Positions 36,331 through 49,984 of a DNA stretch of 64,000 bases are shown here, piece after piece; the stretch's first letter is position 1; each line of letters starts with the position of its first letter. Source of the stretch: Squalus acanthias (Eukaryota); NCBI GenBank assembly GCA_030390025.1, contig CM059432.1:24554001-24618000 (forward strand), given 5' to 3'. The notes beneath the pieces are model-generated. The model worked only from the letters and a program-made list of their open reading frames with translations. It was not told the DNA's origin and did no database searches. The translations under genes were made by a program, and so were the position numbers.

Positions 36331-37664
36331 CTTTATATTTATATTTATATTTATTTTGACTCCATATCCTCTCCATCAGAAAGACCGCCTACTTCCATCT
36401 CCATAACATTGTCTATCTCTGCCCTTGACTCAATCCATCAGCGGCTGAAACCCTCATATATGCCTTTGTTGCCTCCAGATTTACTATTCCAATGCTGACC
36501 TGGCTGGCCTCCCATCCTCCACCCTCCATAAACCTCAGCTCATCCAAAAATAGTCCCATAATTCCATCAGTTTTCATCCCTGTGATCAAATCTCTTCATG
36601 TCCTCACCCCTCCTTCTCTCAGTAACCTCCTCCAGATCTACAACCCTCTGAGAACTCTGTGCTCTTCCAACTATGGCCTCTTGTGCATCCCCCACTCCCT
36701 TCACCCCAACATTGGCGGCCGTGCCTTCAGCCATTTAGGTCCTAAGCTCTGAAATTCCCTCTGCCTCTTCACCCCTTTTATATCCCTCCTTAAAACCTAC
36801 CTCTTTGACCAAGCTTTTAGTCACCCCTCCGAATGTCTCATTTGCCTCTGTGACAATTTTTGTTTGATAACGCTTCTGTGAAGAGGCTTGGGACGTTTTG
36901 CTAATGTTAAAGGTGCTATATAAATACAGTTGTTGTTGTTGTTGATGGATGGAATCAAGTTTGGTTGTGACATACTCCCAGAGACAAATGGCCTGCCAGC
37001 ACTCTGGGGGTGGATTTCAGAGGGGTACTCCGACTCATTGGCATAACTTTGGCAGAATGTTTGGGATTTTTTTTCTACGTTAAAGCTGCTATATAAACGT
37101 AAGTTGTTGTATTTGTTGCTAACTCAGGGATAAAGCACAAAAATGTCAATGGAACAAAGTGTGAAAAAAAATTGACATCTAACCGAGCGTCTTCATAAGC
37201 CATTCTTATGGAAACCATTTGATAAAAACTTCACTGTACATACTTTTAATTTTAAAAACCCCTTTACATGTAATTTGAAAGACCCCTATTAATTTAAATG
37301 GATATTTAATAACAAGTTAAAACCGGAGAGCTAATTCATCTCTGTCAGTGAGCGTACATAGTAATCAAAGAGATACGGCCAACTTTAAATGTCAAAAGTG
37401 TTTACCCTTTTCATACATGCAGTTCCTTGATTTATATTGGCCTGGTGTAACATTTTGATTAAGCAAACAGTAGATTAACCTTTTGCCTGAGGCCTCCTGT
37501 TAATGGTTAATGAAATAAAAAAATTAAAATGTGATTTGAACCAAGTCTAATATTCTTTTTTCTTATTCGTTCTTAATACCGGGGACTCATTTACAATATA
37601 CAATTATAACCACTTAAGTTCATTTGTCTTCATTGGATTTCACATGAAATATGTTGTATATCCA

Positions 37665-38760
37665 GATTTACAGATGACACTAAGTTGGGAGGCACCGTAA
37701 GTAGTGCAGCTGGGAGAAGGAACTTACAAAGGGATATAGACAGATTAAGTGAATGTGAAAAACTGTAGCAAATGGAGTTCAGTGTGTGAGGTCATCCATT
37801 TTGGATCTAAGAAAGACAAATGGGAGCATTTTCTAAACAGTGAAAAACCAGGAACTGTGGAAGAGCAAAGAGATTTGGGTGTCCATGTACACAAATCATT
37901 AAAAGCTAATAGACAGGTCCAGAAAGCAATCAAAAGGCTTATGGAATTGTTGGCCTTTATCTCAAAGGGGCTGGAATACAAAGGGGAGAAGTGATACTTC
38001 AGTTGTATAGAGCCTTGGTCGGACCACAACTGGAATACTGCGTTCAGTTCTGGGCACCGTACCTCAGGAAGGATATATTGGCCTTGCAGGGAGGTACAAT
38101 GCAGATTCACCAGAATGATACTGGGGCTTAAAAAGGTTAAATTATGAGGATAGGTTTCATAAACTTGGCTTGTCTTCCTTTGAGTATGGAAGATTGAGGG
38201 GTGATTTAATCGAGGTGTTTAAAATGCTAAAGAGATTCAATAGGGTAGATAAGGAAAAACTATTTCCTCTGGTGGGGGAATCCAGAACAAGGGGGCATAT
38301 TCTTAAAATTAGAGCCAGGCCATTCAGGAGTGAAATCAGGAAGCCATTCTTCTACAAAGGGTAGTAGAAATCTGGAACTCTCTCCCCTAAAAGGCTGTGA
38401 ATGCTGGGTCAATTGAAGCTATCAAGACTGAGATCGGCAATTTTTTGTTATGTATGCGTATCAAGGGATATAGAGCAAAGATGGGTAAATGGGGTTGAGA
38501 TGAGATCAGCCATGATCTAATGATCAACATTCAAGGGGATGCTAGATAAGCACATGAGGGAGAAAGGATAGAAGGATATGTTGATAGGGTTAGATGTAGA
38601 GGGGTGGGAGGAGGCTTGTGTGGAGCATAAACACCGGCATGGACCTGTTGGGTCGAATGGCCTGTTTCTGTGCTATAATACTTCGTAATACTTTGTAATT
38701 GCATGGTGGAGCAGGATCGAGGGGCTGAATAGCCTACTCCTGTTTCTATGTTCCTATGTA
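37665..38760 (+). mobile_element. CR1 3' fragment(s)
   Basis: CEVIHFG, EQRDLGVHVH, RLRGDLIEVFK motifs and CR1 tail. Confidence 0.85.
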
Positions 38761-39654
38761 ACACAGGATTTCAGATAATAACCCCTAACATAACACTTCA
38801 CTCATGCTCATTAATGTTATATTTATTTGTATCAGTGCTGGATTTTCCAGGGTTGAGCAGTACTTGTGTTGGTTTTAATCAGAAAGCAAGGATGTTGCTT
38901 AGCTTTCAGATCAACAAAGCTGATCATCCCTCAGACACGTATGCGGAGAATTTTCTGGATCCAATCCAATTAGCATATTCATTGAAACATGAAGGTCTTT
39001 TACTTTCTCTGACAAAACAGCTTTTCTAAGAGGGTCTGAAAATGTGAGTATTAACAGGACCTGACCTCCATAAACTTTGTTACCACTCAGTATTTTCACT
39101 GACTCTATGGTTTTTTGTGCAAAGCTACAGTACTGGGCCTGCAAAAGGCATGACATGCGGTAAGTGTGGAGATTTTCAGGATTTGTCACAGGATTTGTGC
39201 CCTGACAAATCCCTTGTTTCCCACCGCCTCCCGCCCCCCCCCCCCCCCCCCCCCCACCCCCGCCCCGTGGTTTGACAATACTAAGCTGAGGACTTAAAGA
39301 GGTAAAACTACTATTTAATTATGTTTTTCTCTCAGTGAACACAAACTGTTAAAAATATCTCTTTCTCCCCAGTTCTTCCCTCCCCACCCCCATCAAGGTG
39401 CTGATTTGTACCATCTTTGTATTCACTGGCTACCTTCCAGCACCCCATTCAAATGGCCATACTTCATGTGTGAATCTAAAGAGTGAGTGTCAGTGAACTA
39501 TTCGATCATGGATAATACTGCAGCCAAGCCCAATCCTAACCACACACGTGAATTTTTCTTTTCAATAGGAATCATTGGATTCGAGATCAGGTAACTCAGT
39601 GATTGAACCTGTGTCTTTGCTGGTATGGCGCACGCCAACATAAAACAGTGCACT

Positions 39655-40856
39655 TTTTAAAATTTGTTCCTGGGATGTGGGCAGTGCCCCAAGGCCAGCA
39701 TTTATTGCCCATCCCTAATTGCCCTTGAGAAGGTGGTGGTGAGCTGTCTTCTTGAACCATTGTAGTCTTTGTAGCAGTTTGTTATAACTGAGTGGCTTGC
39801 TAGGCCATTTTAGAGGGCAGTTAAGAGTCAACCACATTGCTGTGGGTCTGGAGTCACATATAAGCCAGACCAGGTAAGGACGGCAGATTTCCTTCCCTAA
39901 AGGACATTAGTGAACCAGATGGGTTTTTACGACAATCCGGTAGTTTCATGGCCACCATTATTGACACTAGCTTTTTATGCCAGATTTATTTAATTAACTG
40001 AATTTAAATTCCCCAGCTGCCGTCGTGGGATTTGAACTAATGGCCCAGAAATTGATCTCGCTCTGTTCCCGCGGGGGTAAGGCTTTCCCGCGATCTCTCA
40101 CCTCGCTTGTGCTTTTTCAGATCCAGCTCGCACGAACTTCATGTTCTAGAGATCAGCTGGGCAGTGCTTGCGTATCCCAGCGGCGTAGTGAATTCGTGCG
40201 AGCTGTGGGATCACGTGACTCAGTTAGAGCCAATGGCAGCACACCATCTTCCATTCATAAGTTTCACAGCAGGCTGTGAAATGTATGAATCTTACACCCC
40301 CCCAAAATAACAGCTAAACCTCAATTAAATTTAAAAAAAAAACCATCACATTAATAAAATAAGTATAGTTAATTAAATTAACCATTTTAAATAAAAAATT
40401 AAATTTTTGAAAAAATTTAAAATCTTTTAAAAAGTTATAAAAATAAACTTACCTGTCTTTAAAGTCTCTAAAAAAGATATACCTGTTAAAAAAAATTCAA
40501 AAAAATACTTAATTCACTACTTACCTTCTTAAAAGCGGGTCTTACTCCTCCTTTTTACATTTCTAAAATCTTCAGTACTTACCTGCGCGTCCAAAGCATG
40601 AAGTGCACAGCGTGCGCGCAGCCTGTAGCGCGCACGCGATGCACCGAGGACCCGCCCCCTTTTCAGAAGAGCAATTGCCGGTTTTCAGCGCATGCGCAGG
40701 GCATGCAGAAAACCGGCAATTGGAGTGGGAATACGCGAGAGTACGCAGTGCGTACTCTCGCGTCCCGGGATCAATTTTCGGCCCCATATCTCTGGATCAT
40801 TATTCTAGGCCTCTGGATTATTAGTGCAGTAACATAACCACTATGCTACCGTACCC
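39655..40856 (-). mobile_element. tRNA-derived SINE (family of 27985) split by a MITE
   Basis: Reverse complement of 27985-28485, interrupted at 40042-40784. Confidence 0.8.
40042..40784. mobile_element. ~740-bp GGCC-terminated MITE
   Basis: TIR GGCCCAGAAATTGATC / GATCAATTTTCGGCCC; flanks AAT / CAT; AT-rich core with GC-rich palindromic arms. Confidence 0.85.
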
Positions 40857-41029
40857 AAACTTACTAACTGATGGAGTCTGTTGTGTCACAAACAATTATG
40901 CATGGTTCTTATGGCTCTCTCCCTGCACAAAACACTGCCAAATACCCCTTTAAAGTACTTATAAAAGTGCTTTGCAATATAAATCATAAAAAGTATTGGT
41001 CCATTGACTTGAGCACATTTTGGTTGCAT

Positions 41030-41335
41030 TGTCAGAGGTGCTATCTTTTAGATGAGATGGTAAAACAAGGTCCCATCTGCCCTGTCAGGTGAATGTAAAA
41101 GACCCGACGATACTGTTTCGAAGAAGAGCAGGAGAGTTCTCCCTAGTGTCCTGGCCAATATTTATCCTTCAATCAACATCACTAAAAAACTGTTTCATTG
41201 GTCATTGATCTCATTGTTATTTGTGGGGTCTTGCTGTGTGCTGCTACATTTCTTTGCATTACTATAGTATCTTCAAAAGTACTTCATTGACTGTCCAGAG
41301 ATCATGAAAGGAGCAACATATATGCAAGTTCTTTT
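41030..41335 (+). mobile_element. Deu-domain SINE fragment
   Basis: Similar to 55770-56110. Confidence 0.7.
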
Positions 41336-43060
41336 TTTAATCTGCTGCGTTGCTTGCACCGGTGCAGAACTTGCATTGGTAGCTTCACACCCAAGACTCA
41401 GGAACTCATTATAGCTCAAATGTAATGTTGAAAAAACAATTCAAATACCTTTCACTCGCCCAATCTGTATTAACCAGTTACTTTTGATTGGCCTTGCCTC
41501 TGATCAAACTGCTGGCATCAGATAGAAAACATGGAATGGAACAATTAACTGTAGCAACTGTGGGATGCAAGACGTGAAATGGATCGATATGCTGCACTGA
41601 CCATCAATAGCTGCTTTTACATTGGCCTTGGACGAGTGCTTGCGCTACAGCTTCCTAATGTTAATGGAGGCAACCTCAACTTGGACTTGTTGAAACTGGT
41701 CACCGTGAAGACATGGGGAGCAATTTTAACCTAACCCGCGTGTCGAGAAACTGACAAGATCGGGTGGAACGCTCGTTATATCCCGCCTGATTTTACTCTC
41801 CATTGAAGTCAATGGACGGGGTGGAAAACCATCGTTCCACTCGATCCCATGGGTTACCTGCCCGGCGAGTTATATTTACTATTTCTTATTTTTCCATTCT
41901 GTCTCATTTTTCCTCTCTCTCTCAATCCACTCTATTTCTCTTTTTTTAAATCTAATTTTACTTCAGTTCACGCTATTTCCGTCTCCATTGTTCGCTCTGT
42001 TTCTTTCGCTAACCTTAAATTTCATTGGTTCAGGAGATAGACCATTGGGCACGACGTTCATGAGGTCCCAGATGCGATGTTGACATCACTGTGCCGTTAT
42101 CAATTCGCATTTCCAGCAGTTTGCGGTGCAAAAATAATACGATCTGAAGGGTGAGATAAAAAGTCCAATTCAGGTCGCTCGCTGCGAGATGTGCCGCTCC
42201 AACAACTCTGGGCCAATATGTATATCAGAACTGCATTTGTAATTCTGTACAAAGTCCCGGAACGGCAAGAGCTGCAATAGATTTGCTGAAAATGAACAAT
42301 GTTGGGGAAATGCACTGAAATGTGACGTTCAGAACAGTTTACTTGTGTCTGCTTGAGCAAGACATTAAGCACAATGCAAACAGAAGACAATGTGATAGAT
42401 TGAAATATGGCTGTAGAATTATTCTTCCATTTTCTAATGGAGGCCCTCCAAAATATATATTTTTTCTAAATTAAGAAACTTGGATGAAAGGTCAAGGTCC
42501 ATAGTTCAGGAAACTGTTACAATTGAATAGGCGAATAGGAGAGAAGACAAGGAAAGTTAAATAGCAACTTAGTGGGCTTTTGCAGCCTTTGGAAGAGAAG
42601 GCAGATGGAGGTAAGGAGTTGCGCAGTTTTGAAGTCCGAGAAAAGATTGTACATTAGTCTGAAACAAGAATTCTTGTATTGTGTTTAATGTATTGCTCAT
42701 GTAAGCTGTCTATTTTTTGAATGTCAAATTTCAGTGCATTTTCCTACCTGTGTCCTGCTCGCTAAGGTTTGATTGGTTTTGCAGCAGTGTGATATTTTTA
42801 ATTAAAAAAACCTTTTCATGGTGAAATTCAGCTCTATCTAAAGTCTATTGTTGCTAACATTATAAAGCTAATTTTAAACCATGGTGTAATGACCAGCCAA
42901 TCGGATGACCCATTTAACTGCCACAGCTATCCCTCTTAATCAGATCAAATTTGATCTTTAAATCCTTCACAGTGACACCAATCAGTTCGATTGCAGGGGG
43001 AGCATGCTTCCATTGTGTGATAATATTGATTGTTAATGCTGGAGTTCAAAAGGATACATT

Positions 43061-43824
43061 GGCCCAGAAATTTGGGTCGGAGGCTTCCCGTGGGTGCAAG
43101 CATAGCGGGTGCACTTACATAGCGCGCCTGCCGTTTTACTGTGGGCCCGCGTGGGATTCCGATCCTGGGCCTCCTCCAGCTGCCGGTGTGCAGTGCTCGC
43201 GTATCCCAGCGGCGCAACTAGTTCGCACCGTCCCCTGGGATCACGTGGTCCATGGGGAGCCAATCGGAGCAGGGAATCTCCATTCACAGATTTGACAAGA
43301 AGACCTGTCAAATCTATGAATAGAGATCGGCCCCAAAACCTAAGTAAAACTTCAAATAATTTTTTTTAAAAACATCACATTTTTAAAATAACTATAAATT
43401 ACATAAATTAACTATTTTAAACAAAAATTTTAATTTTTGAAAAAAATTATTAAAGTTTTTAATGGGGCTAAAAATAAACTTACCTTTCTTTAAAGTATTT
43501 AAAAATGATAAACCTGTGGAAAAAATGTTTCAATTTTACTTAATTCACCTCTTACCTTGTTAAAAGCAGGCCTGCGCCTGCATTTTCCACGCGCAGCTGC
43601 TAGGGACTTACTCGCATGGAGAAACCTGTAAAAGAAGCGGAAGTTCGATGCGTACGCGCTGCCTCTCCTGCGCACGTGGTTGACCAGTGAACCCCTTCCT
43701 TTAAGAGACCGGAAGTTCCAGTTTTCCGTGCATGCGCAGTGCATGCGCGAAACCGGCACTTCCGGTGGCCCTAAGGATGAGTACACAGCGCGTACTCACC
43801 CGTGGGGACCCGAATTTCTGGGCC
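43061..43824. mobile_element. 764-bp GGCC-terminated MITE
   Basis: TIR GGCCCAGAAATTTGGGTC / GACCCGAATTTCTGGGCC; same layout as 40042-40784. Confidence 0.85.
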
Positions 43825-45058
43825 AAATCTATTAGGTTGAGTAAATAACCAGTGCAAACTAGTTCCTCACTCGAGGGCAAGAAAGACAGTGGTGCCTTGT
43901 AGCAAATGAGGCAAATACTGAAACATGACAGCTTGGGAATGAGTCTGGCAAAGTCATCTTTTAAATTCTGGGATTCCTTTAATCTCAAACACTATGGGGG
44001 TTATTTTGGCCAAAGGGTGAAAACAGGCACTAAATGGATGCAGTCCTAATAAAACATGCCTGTTTGAAAGTCTGGAGTTAGCACACAATTTTGGGCCTAA
44101 TTGCTGATTACCATAATTTGAATTTGCCTGGAGCTGCCAAACCAGAAACCTGCAGGTTTAGCGCTCAAGTGCTGATTAGATGCAATTTTCGTGGAGCAGT
44201 ATATGTGGGCTCCTCGCACCCACTTCCACTGAAGGTATGGAGTGGGCTGGCTGGCACACACTGGCATGTTGCAGGATGGCTCAAGGACCGAGGGAGAGGG
44301 TGCACAGGTTTTTGGATGAGGCTCTGGAGGTCCTGGTGGAGGAGGTCCAGAGGAGGTGGGATGTCCTGTACCCGCGAGGGGGGGGAGGACGGATGCCCTC
44401 CTGTCCCTCTCTCCTGCAGTGGCTGGAGATCCTCTGTCTGGCCTCATGACCTCTTCCCATTCCTTGTCCAGACCAAAGGGGACCACGAGCAAAATGCCCA
44501 TGTCCAAGCACTCTCTGTCTCCTGGTGACTCCTATAAGGTGGAGTAGCATAACACTTACTCATTTTAGGTGAAGTCCTCAGAGAATTTGCAGAATAAATG
44601 TTGCTCGAGTGTTTGTGAAGTCTTGACAAAGTGTCCCAGAAAGTCTCCCGATGTGTTTCAGAGGTCCTCTTCACAGCTCCAACAGCCAGTGAACACAAAA
44701 TCATATGTATCCCTTTAAGTAGCACTTGAAATCGACATCAGCACTGTTTATGCCAAAAAGCTGGTCGCTGTTAGGAGAGGGCGTTAAGAAATGTGTTAGC
44801 CACCAAAATGCCGTGCAGCCTCTTTAATGATGCTAGCAGGCATTTTAAGTGGCAATCAGCCCCTTAACGAGACTTGAGGCAGTAGTTCCTAGCGCAGGCT
44901 ACAACTCCTTTACCAAGATGGTGTCTTGCGCTAAACCGGCACTTCAGCTCAGGACCCCATCTTGGCCATAGAAACATAGAAAAATAGGAGCAGGAGTCGG
45001 CCATTCGGCCCTTCGAGCCTGCTCCGCCATTCAATATGACCATGGCTGATCCTCTATC

Positions 45059-47860
45059 TCAATACCATATTCCCGCTCTCTCCCCATACCCCTTGATGCC
45101 TTTTTTGTCTAGAAATCTATCTATCTCCTTCTTAAATATATTCAGTGAATTGGCCTCCACAGCCTTCTGTGGTAGAGAATTCCACAAGTTCACCACCCTC
45201 TGAGTGAATAAATTTCTCCTCATCTCAGTCCTAAATGTCCTACCCCGTATCCTGAGACTGTGACCCCTCACTCTAGAACCCCCAGCCAGGGGAAACATCC
45301 TTCCTGCATCCAGTCTCTCTAGCCCTGTCAGAATTTTATACGTTTAAATGAGATCCCCTCTCATTCTTCTAAACTCTAGTGAATACAAGCCTAGTTGACC
45401 CAATCTCTTCTCATACGACAGTCCTGCCATCCCAGGAATCAGTCTGGTGAACCTTCGCTGCACTCCCTCTATGGCAAGTATATCCTTTCTTAGGTAAGGA
45501 GACCAAAACTGCACACAGTACTCCAGGTGTGGTCTCACCAAGGCCCTGTATAACTGTAGTAAGACATCCTTGTTCCTGTACTCAAATCCTCTTGCAATGA
45601 AGGCCAACATACCATTTGCCTTCCTAACTGCTTGTTGCACCTGCATGTTTGCTTTCAGTGACTGGAGTACAAGGACACCCAGGTCCCTTTGTACATCAAT
45701 ATTTCCCAATCTATCACCATTTAAATAATACTCTGCCTTTCTGTTTTTCCTACCGAAGTGGATAACTTCACATTTATCCAAATTATACTGCATCTGCCAT
45801 GTATTTGCCCACTCACTCAACTTGTCTAAATCGCCTTGAAGCCTCTTTGCATCCTCCTCACAACTCACAATACCACCTAGTTTTGTGTCATCAGCAAACT
45901 TGGAAATATTACATTTGGTTCCCTCATCCAAATCATTGATATATATTGTGAATAGCTGGGGCCCATGCACTGATCCCTGCGGTACCCCACTAGTCAACGC
46001 CTGCCACCCCTAAAAAGACCCATTTATTCCTACTCTCTGTTTCCTGTCTGTTAACCAATTTTCAATCCATCCCAGTATATTACCCCCAATCCCATGTGCT
46101 TTAATTTTGCACACTAACCTCTTATGTGGGACTTTAGCAAAGGCCTTCTAAAAATCCAAATACACCACATCCACTGGTTCTCCCTTATCTATTCTATCAG
46201 TTACATCCTCAAAAAACTCCAGTAGGTTTGTCAAATACGATTTCCCTTTCATAAATTCATGTTGATATTTTCTAAGTGTCCTGTTATCACATCCTTTATA
46301 ATAGACTCCAGCATTTTCCCTACTACTGATGTTAGGCTAACCGGTCTGTAGTTCCCTGTTTTCTCTCTCTCTACTTTTTAAATAGTTGGGTTACATTTGC
46401 CACCCTCCAATCTGCAGGAATGTTCCATAATCTATAGAATTTTGGAGGATGACAACCAATGCATCCACTATTTCCATGGTTACCTCCTTTAGTACTCTGG
46501 GATGCAGATTATCAGGCCCTGGGGATTTATCGGCTTTCAGTCCCATTAATTTCACCAGCACTATTTTTTTACTGATACTAATTTCCTTTAATTCCTGCTT
46601 CTCACTAGACCCTTGGTTCCTTAGCATTTCTGGGAAGTTATTTGCGTCCTCTTCCATGAAGACAGAACCAAAGTATTTGTTTAATTGCTCCGCCATTTCC
46701 TTGTTCTCCATTATAAATTCTCCTGTTTCTGACTGTAAGGGACCTACATTTGTCTTCACTATTTTTCTTTTTACATACTTGTAGAAGCTTTTACAATCTG
46801 CTTTTATGTTCCTTGCAAGTTTATTCTCATACTCTATTTTTCCCCTCTTAATCAATCTTTTGGTCCTTTTTTGCTGAACTCTAAACTGCCCCCAATCCTC
46901 AGGCTTGCTACTTTTTCTGGCAACTTTATATGACTCCTCTTTGGATCTAATACTATCCTTAATTTCTTTTGTTAGCCATGGTTGGGGCGCTTCTCCTTTT
47001 GTGTTTTTGCGCTAGAAAGGAATGTATAACTGTTGCAATTCATGCATTTGTTCCTTAAATGTTAGCCATTGCCTATCCACCGTCATGCCTTTTAATGAAG
47101 CTCCCCAATCTATCATAGCCAACTCACTCCTCATACCTTCGTAGTTTCCTTTGTTTAGATTAAGGACCCTAGTTTCGGATTGGACTACTTCATTTTCCAT
47201 CTTAATGAAGAATTCTATCATGTTATGGTCACTCTTCCCTGAAGGACCCCACACAACAAGATTATTAATTAACCCCTTCTCTTTGCACAATACCCAATCT
47301 AGGATAGCCTGTTCCCTAGTTGGCTCCTCAACATACTGGTCTAAAAAAACCATCTCGTACACACTCCAGGAATTCATCCTCCACAGTATTATTGCTAATT
47401 TGGTTTGGCCAGTCTATATGTAGATTAAAGTCACCCATGATTACTATAGTACCCTTGTTACATGCATCTCTAATTTCCTGTTTAATGCCATCCCCGACAC
47501 TACCGGTACTGTTTGGCAGCCTATAGACAACTCCCACCAATGTTTTCTGCCCCTTGGTGCTTCTTAGCTCCACCCAGACTGAGCCAATATCCTTTCTCAC
47601 TATTGCTCTGATTTCATCCTTTACTAACCACGCCACCCCACCTCCTTTTCCTTTTTTGCCTGTCCTTCCTAAATATCGAATATCCTTGGATATTCAGCTC
47701 CCAGCCTTGGTCACCCTGCAGCCATGTCTCCGTAATCGCAATTATATCGTATCTGTTTACATCTATTTGCGCTGTTAATTTGTCTACCTTTGTGTACCTT
47801 CATGCATTCAGATACAGTGCCTTTAGATTTGTCTTTTTAACATTTTTAGACATCTTAACA
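45059..47860 (-). pseudogene. CR1 ORF2 (APE endonuclease plus reverse transcriptase), disrupted
   Basis: LKALYLNA, VIMGDFN, SDHN, KSPGPDNLHPRVLKE, GVPQGSV, FADDTK motifs spread over several broken frames. Confidence 0.92.
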
Positions 47861-48470
47861 TTTTTTTGTATTATAGCGTTATTTGTCTTATTACCATTTT
47901 TTCTTACCCAGACCCTATTTGTTAGTGCACTCCTTTGTTTGTATGCTCTGTCCCTTCCTGACACAATCTGGTTATCCTTACCCCAATCACTGTCCTGCAC
48001 TGCTTCCTTGTCTTTTCTCTTTAGCATTCTAGATTTCTCTCCACCAGGACCTCCCCCCCCTCACCGACTTATTTAGTTTAAAGCCCTATCTACCTCCCTA
48101 GTTATTTGATTCGTTAGAACTCTGGTCCCAGCATGGTTCAGGTGTAGTCCACCCCAATGGAACAGCTCTCTCTCTCCAGTACTGGTGCCAGTGCCCCACA
48201 AATCGAAACCCACTTCTCCAACACTAATCTTTGAGCCATGCACTCCTCTCCCTGATCCTATTGACCCTATGCCAATTTGCTTGTGGCTCCAGTAATAATC
48301 CAGAGATTATGACCTTTGTGGTTCTGCTTTTTAATTTAGTCCCTAGCTGCTCAAACTCTCTCAGCAGAACCTCTTTCTTTGTCCTACCTATGTCGTTGGT
48401 ACCTACGTGGACCATGACAACTGGATCCTCCCCCTCCCACTCCAAGTTTGATGTAGTGTATATGGACTTT

Positions 48471-48786
48471 CACAGAATCACAGAATCCCCACAGTGCAGA
48501 TAGAGGCCATTTCGGCCCATCGAGCCTGCACCAACACATATCCCACCCTATCCCCGTAACCCCATGTATTTAATCCCCCTAACACTAAGGGTCAATTTAT
48601 CATAGCCAAATCAACCTAACCCGCACATCTTTGGACTGTGGGAGGAAACCGGAGCACCCGGAGGAAACCCACGCAGACACGGGGAGAATGTGCAAACTCC
48701 ACACAGACAGTCACCCAAGGCCGGATTCGAACCCTGGTCCCTGGCGCTGTGAGGCAACAGTGCTAACCACTATGCCACCGTGTTGC
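48471..48786 (-). mobile_element. HE1-like V-SINE
   Basis: TSD ACTTT (48466-48470 / 48787-48791); A and B boxes intact. Confidence 0.9.
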
Positions 48787-48861
48787 ACTTTAGCAAGGCT
48801 TTTGATAAGGTTCCACATGGCAGACTGGTCATGAAGTTAAAAGCCCATGGGATCCAGGGCA

Positions 48862-49984
48862 TGTGAAGGAATAAGCCATATAACGTATTCAGAAAAATAC
48901 ACCATTCTATGAAAGAATTCTGGCCTTATTAAAACATGACAAACTGGGTTTGGAAATCTGGAAGCCTCAACAATCTAAAGCTGTAACAGCATACAGGCTA
49001 TTGAGATAAGATAGTTGTTGACACTGAATCAATAACCTTATTGAAGCGGAAGGTTGAAGGCTCCCGACAGTCTGAATCTTTGGGAGCAGACAATGGTTCA
49101 CCCTGTATAAGGTGTTCTAATTTACACTTTGTAAAGAGACACAAACAGAAGGCCTTAGTAAAAATTACATCAAATGAAATACACCTGCTGTTATACCTTT
49201 TTTATGGTAAGCTTCGAACACCTAGAGGAGAGACATGAGTCTGTATTGCTACCAGCTGAGGTGACTAAGAATTGCAGAAGTCAGCAGAAAAATGACGAGA
49301 GATAATTAGCTTACATCAGCAGAAAACCTTAAAGGAGATACCACTGGAAAAGGGTATAAATATTGAGCTCTCAAATGGGATAATAGATTCGCTGTAAAGG
49401 GGCAAAGCATTTCTCAAGCTTCAGAGGCGGCTCTGTAAGTCTACAACTCTTTGTATCTCGGGGATCAAGGTACTGAATTTGAGTTTGGTGGATATCCTGA
49501 ATAAGACTAAGAACTGTAAAACTAAGATTTGAGAATAAGGATTTCTGATAATAAGATTGTAAAGCTTTCTCTTTTTGGAACTGGTAATGTTGCGATTGAC
49601 ACACCAACTGTAAAATACATGTCGGTTCTTTAATAAATCTATATATTTTTAGAATTGTCTCACATAACACTTCTGTATCAAACTCGCAAACTCAATCTCT
49701 GTACGCTCTTTGTTGAGGAGTTGCAGAATTCTGGGGGAGCTTTCCGGACCCTCATACTATCCGGAAAGTTACAGTCTAGCTAAACTTATTAAAAGTGCTA
49801 TCTGGAGGACGGTAACATTTTCAGGTTGTTCCTTTCCTTTAGGGAGAGATAGTCTAGACCTTTAGACCCAATTAAGCATCTTTAGGATTCGGCTACCTCA
49901 AACTTTAGTTGAAAGTGAACGTCTGGGGAATACGCCTGATCTGGGGTAGCCCTAAAGGGGCTAGGACTAGTAATTATCCCTTCA
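48862..49984 (+). mobile_element. Solo LTR (1,123 bp), ERV- or Gypsy-type
   Basis: TG...CA termini, short inverted ends TGAAGGAATAA / TTATCCCTTCA, 4-bp TSD GGCA, TATAAA near 49354, AATAAA near 49632. Confidence 0.8.

Larger units (their letters stand above)
34590..36945 (+). mobile_element. L2 LINE 3' region (34590-34868 plus ~36355-36945) split by nested LINE insertions
   Basis: YADDTQLYLST RT motif at 34598; L2-type tail ending (TTG)n near 36940. Confidence 0.75.

Noticed and set aside
39226..39266. Long poly-C tract
   Set aside because: Low complexity with no associated structure.
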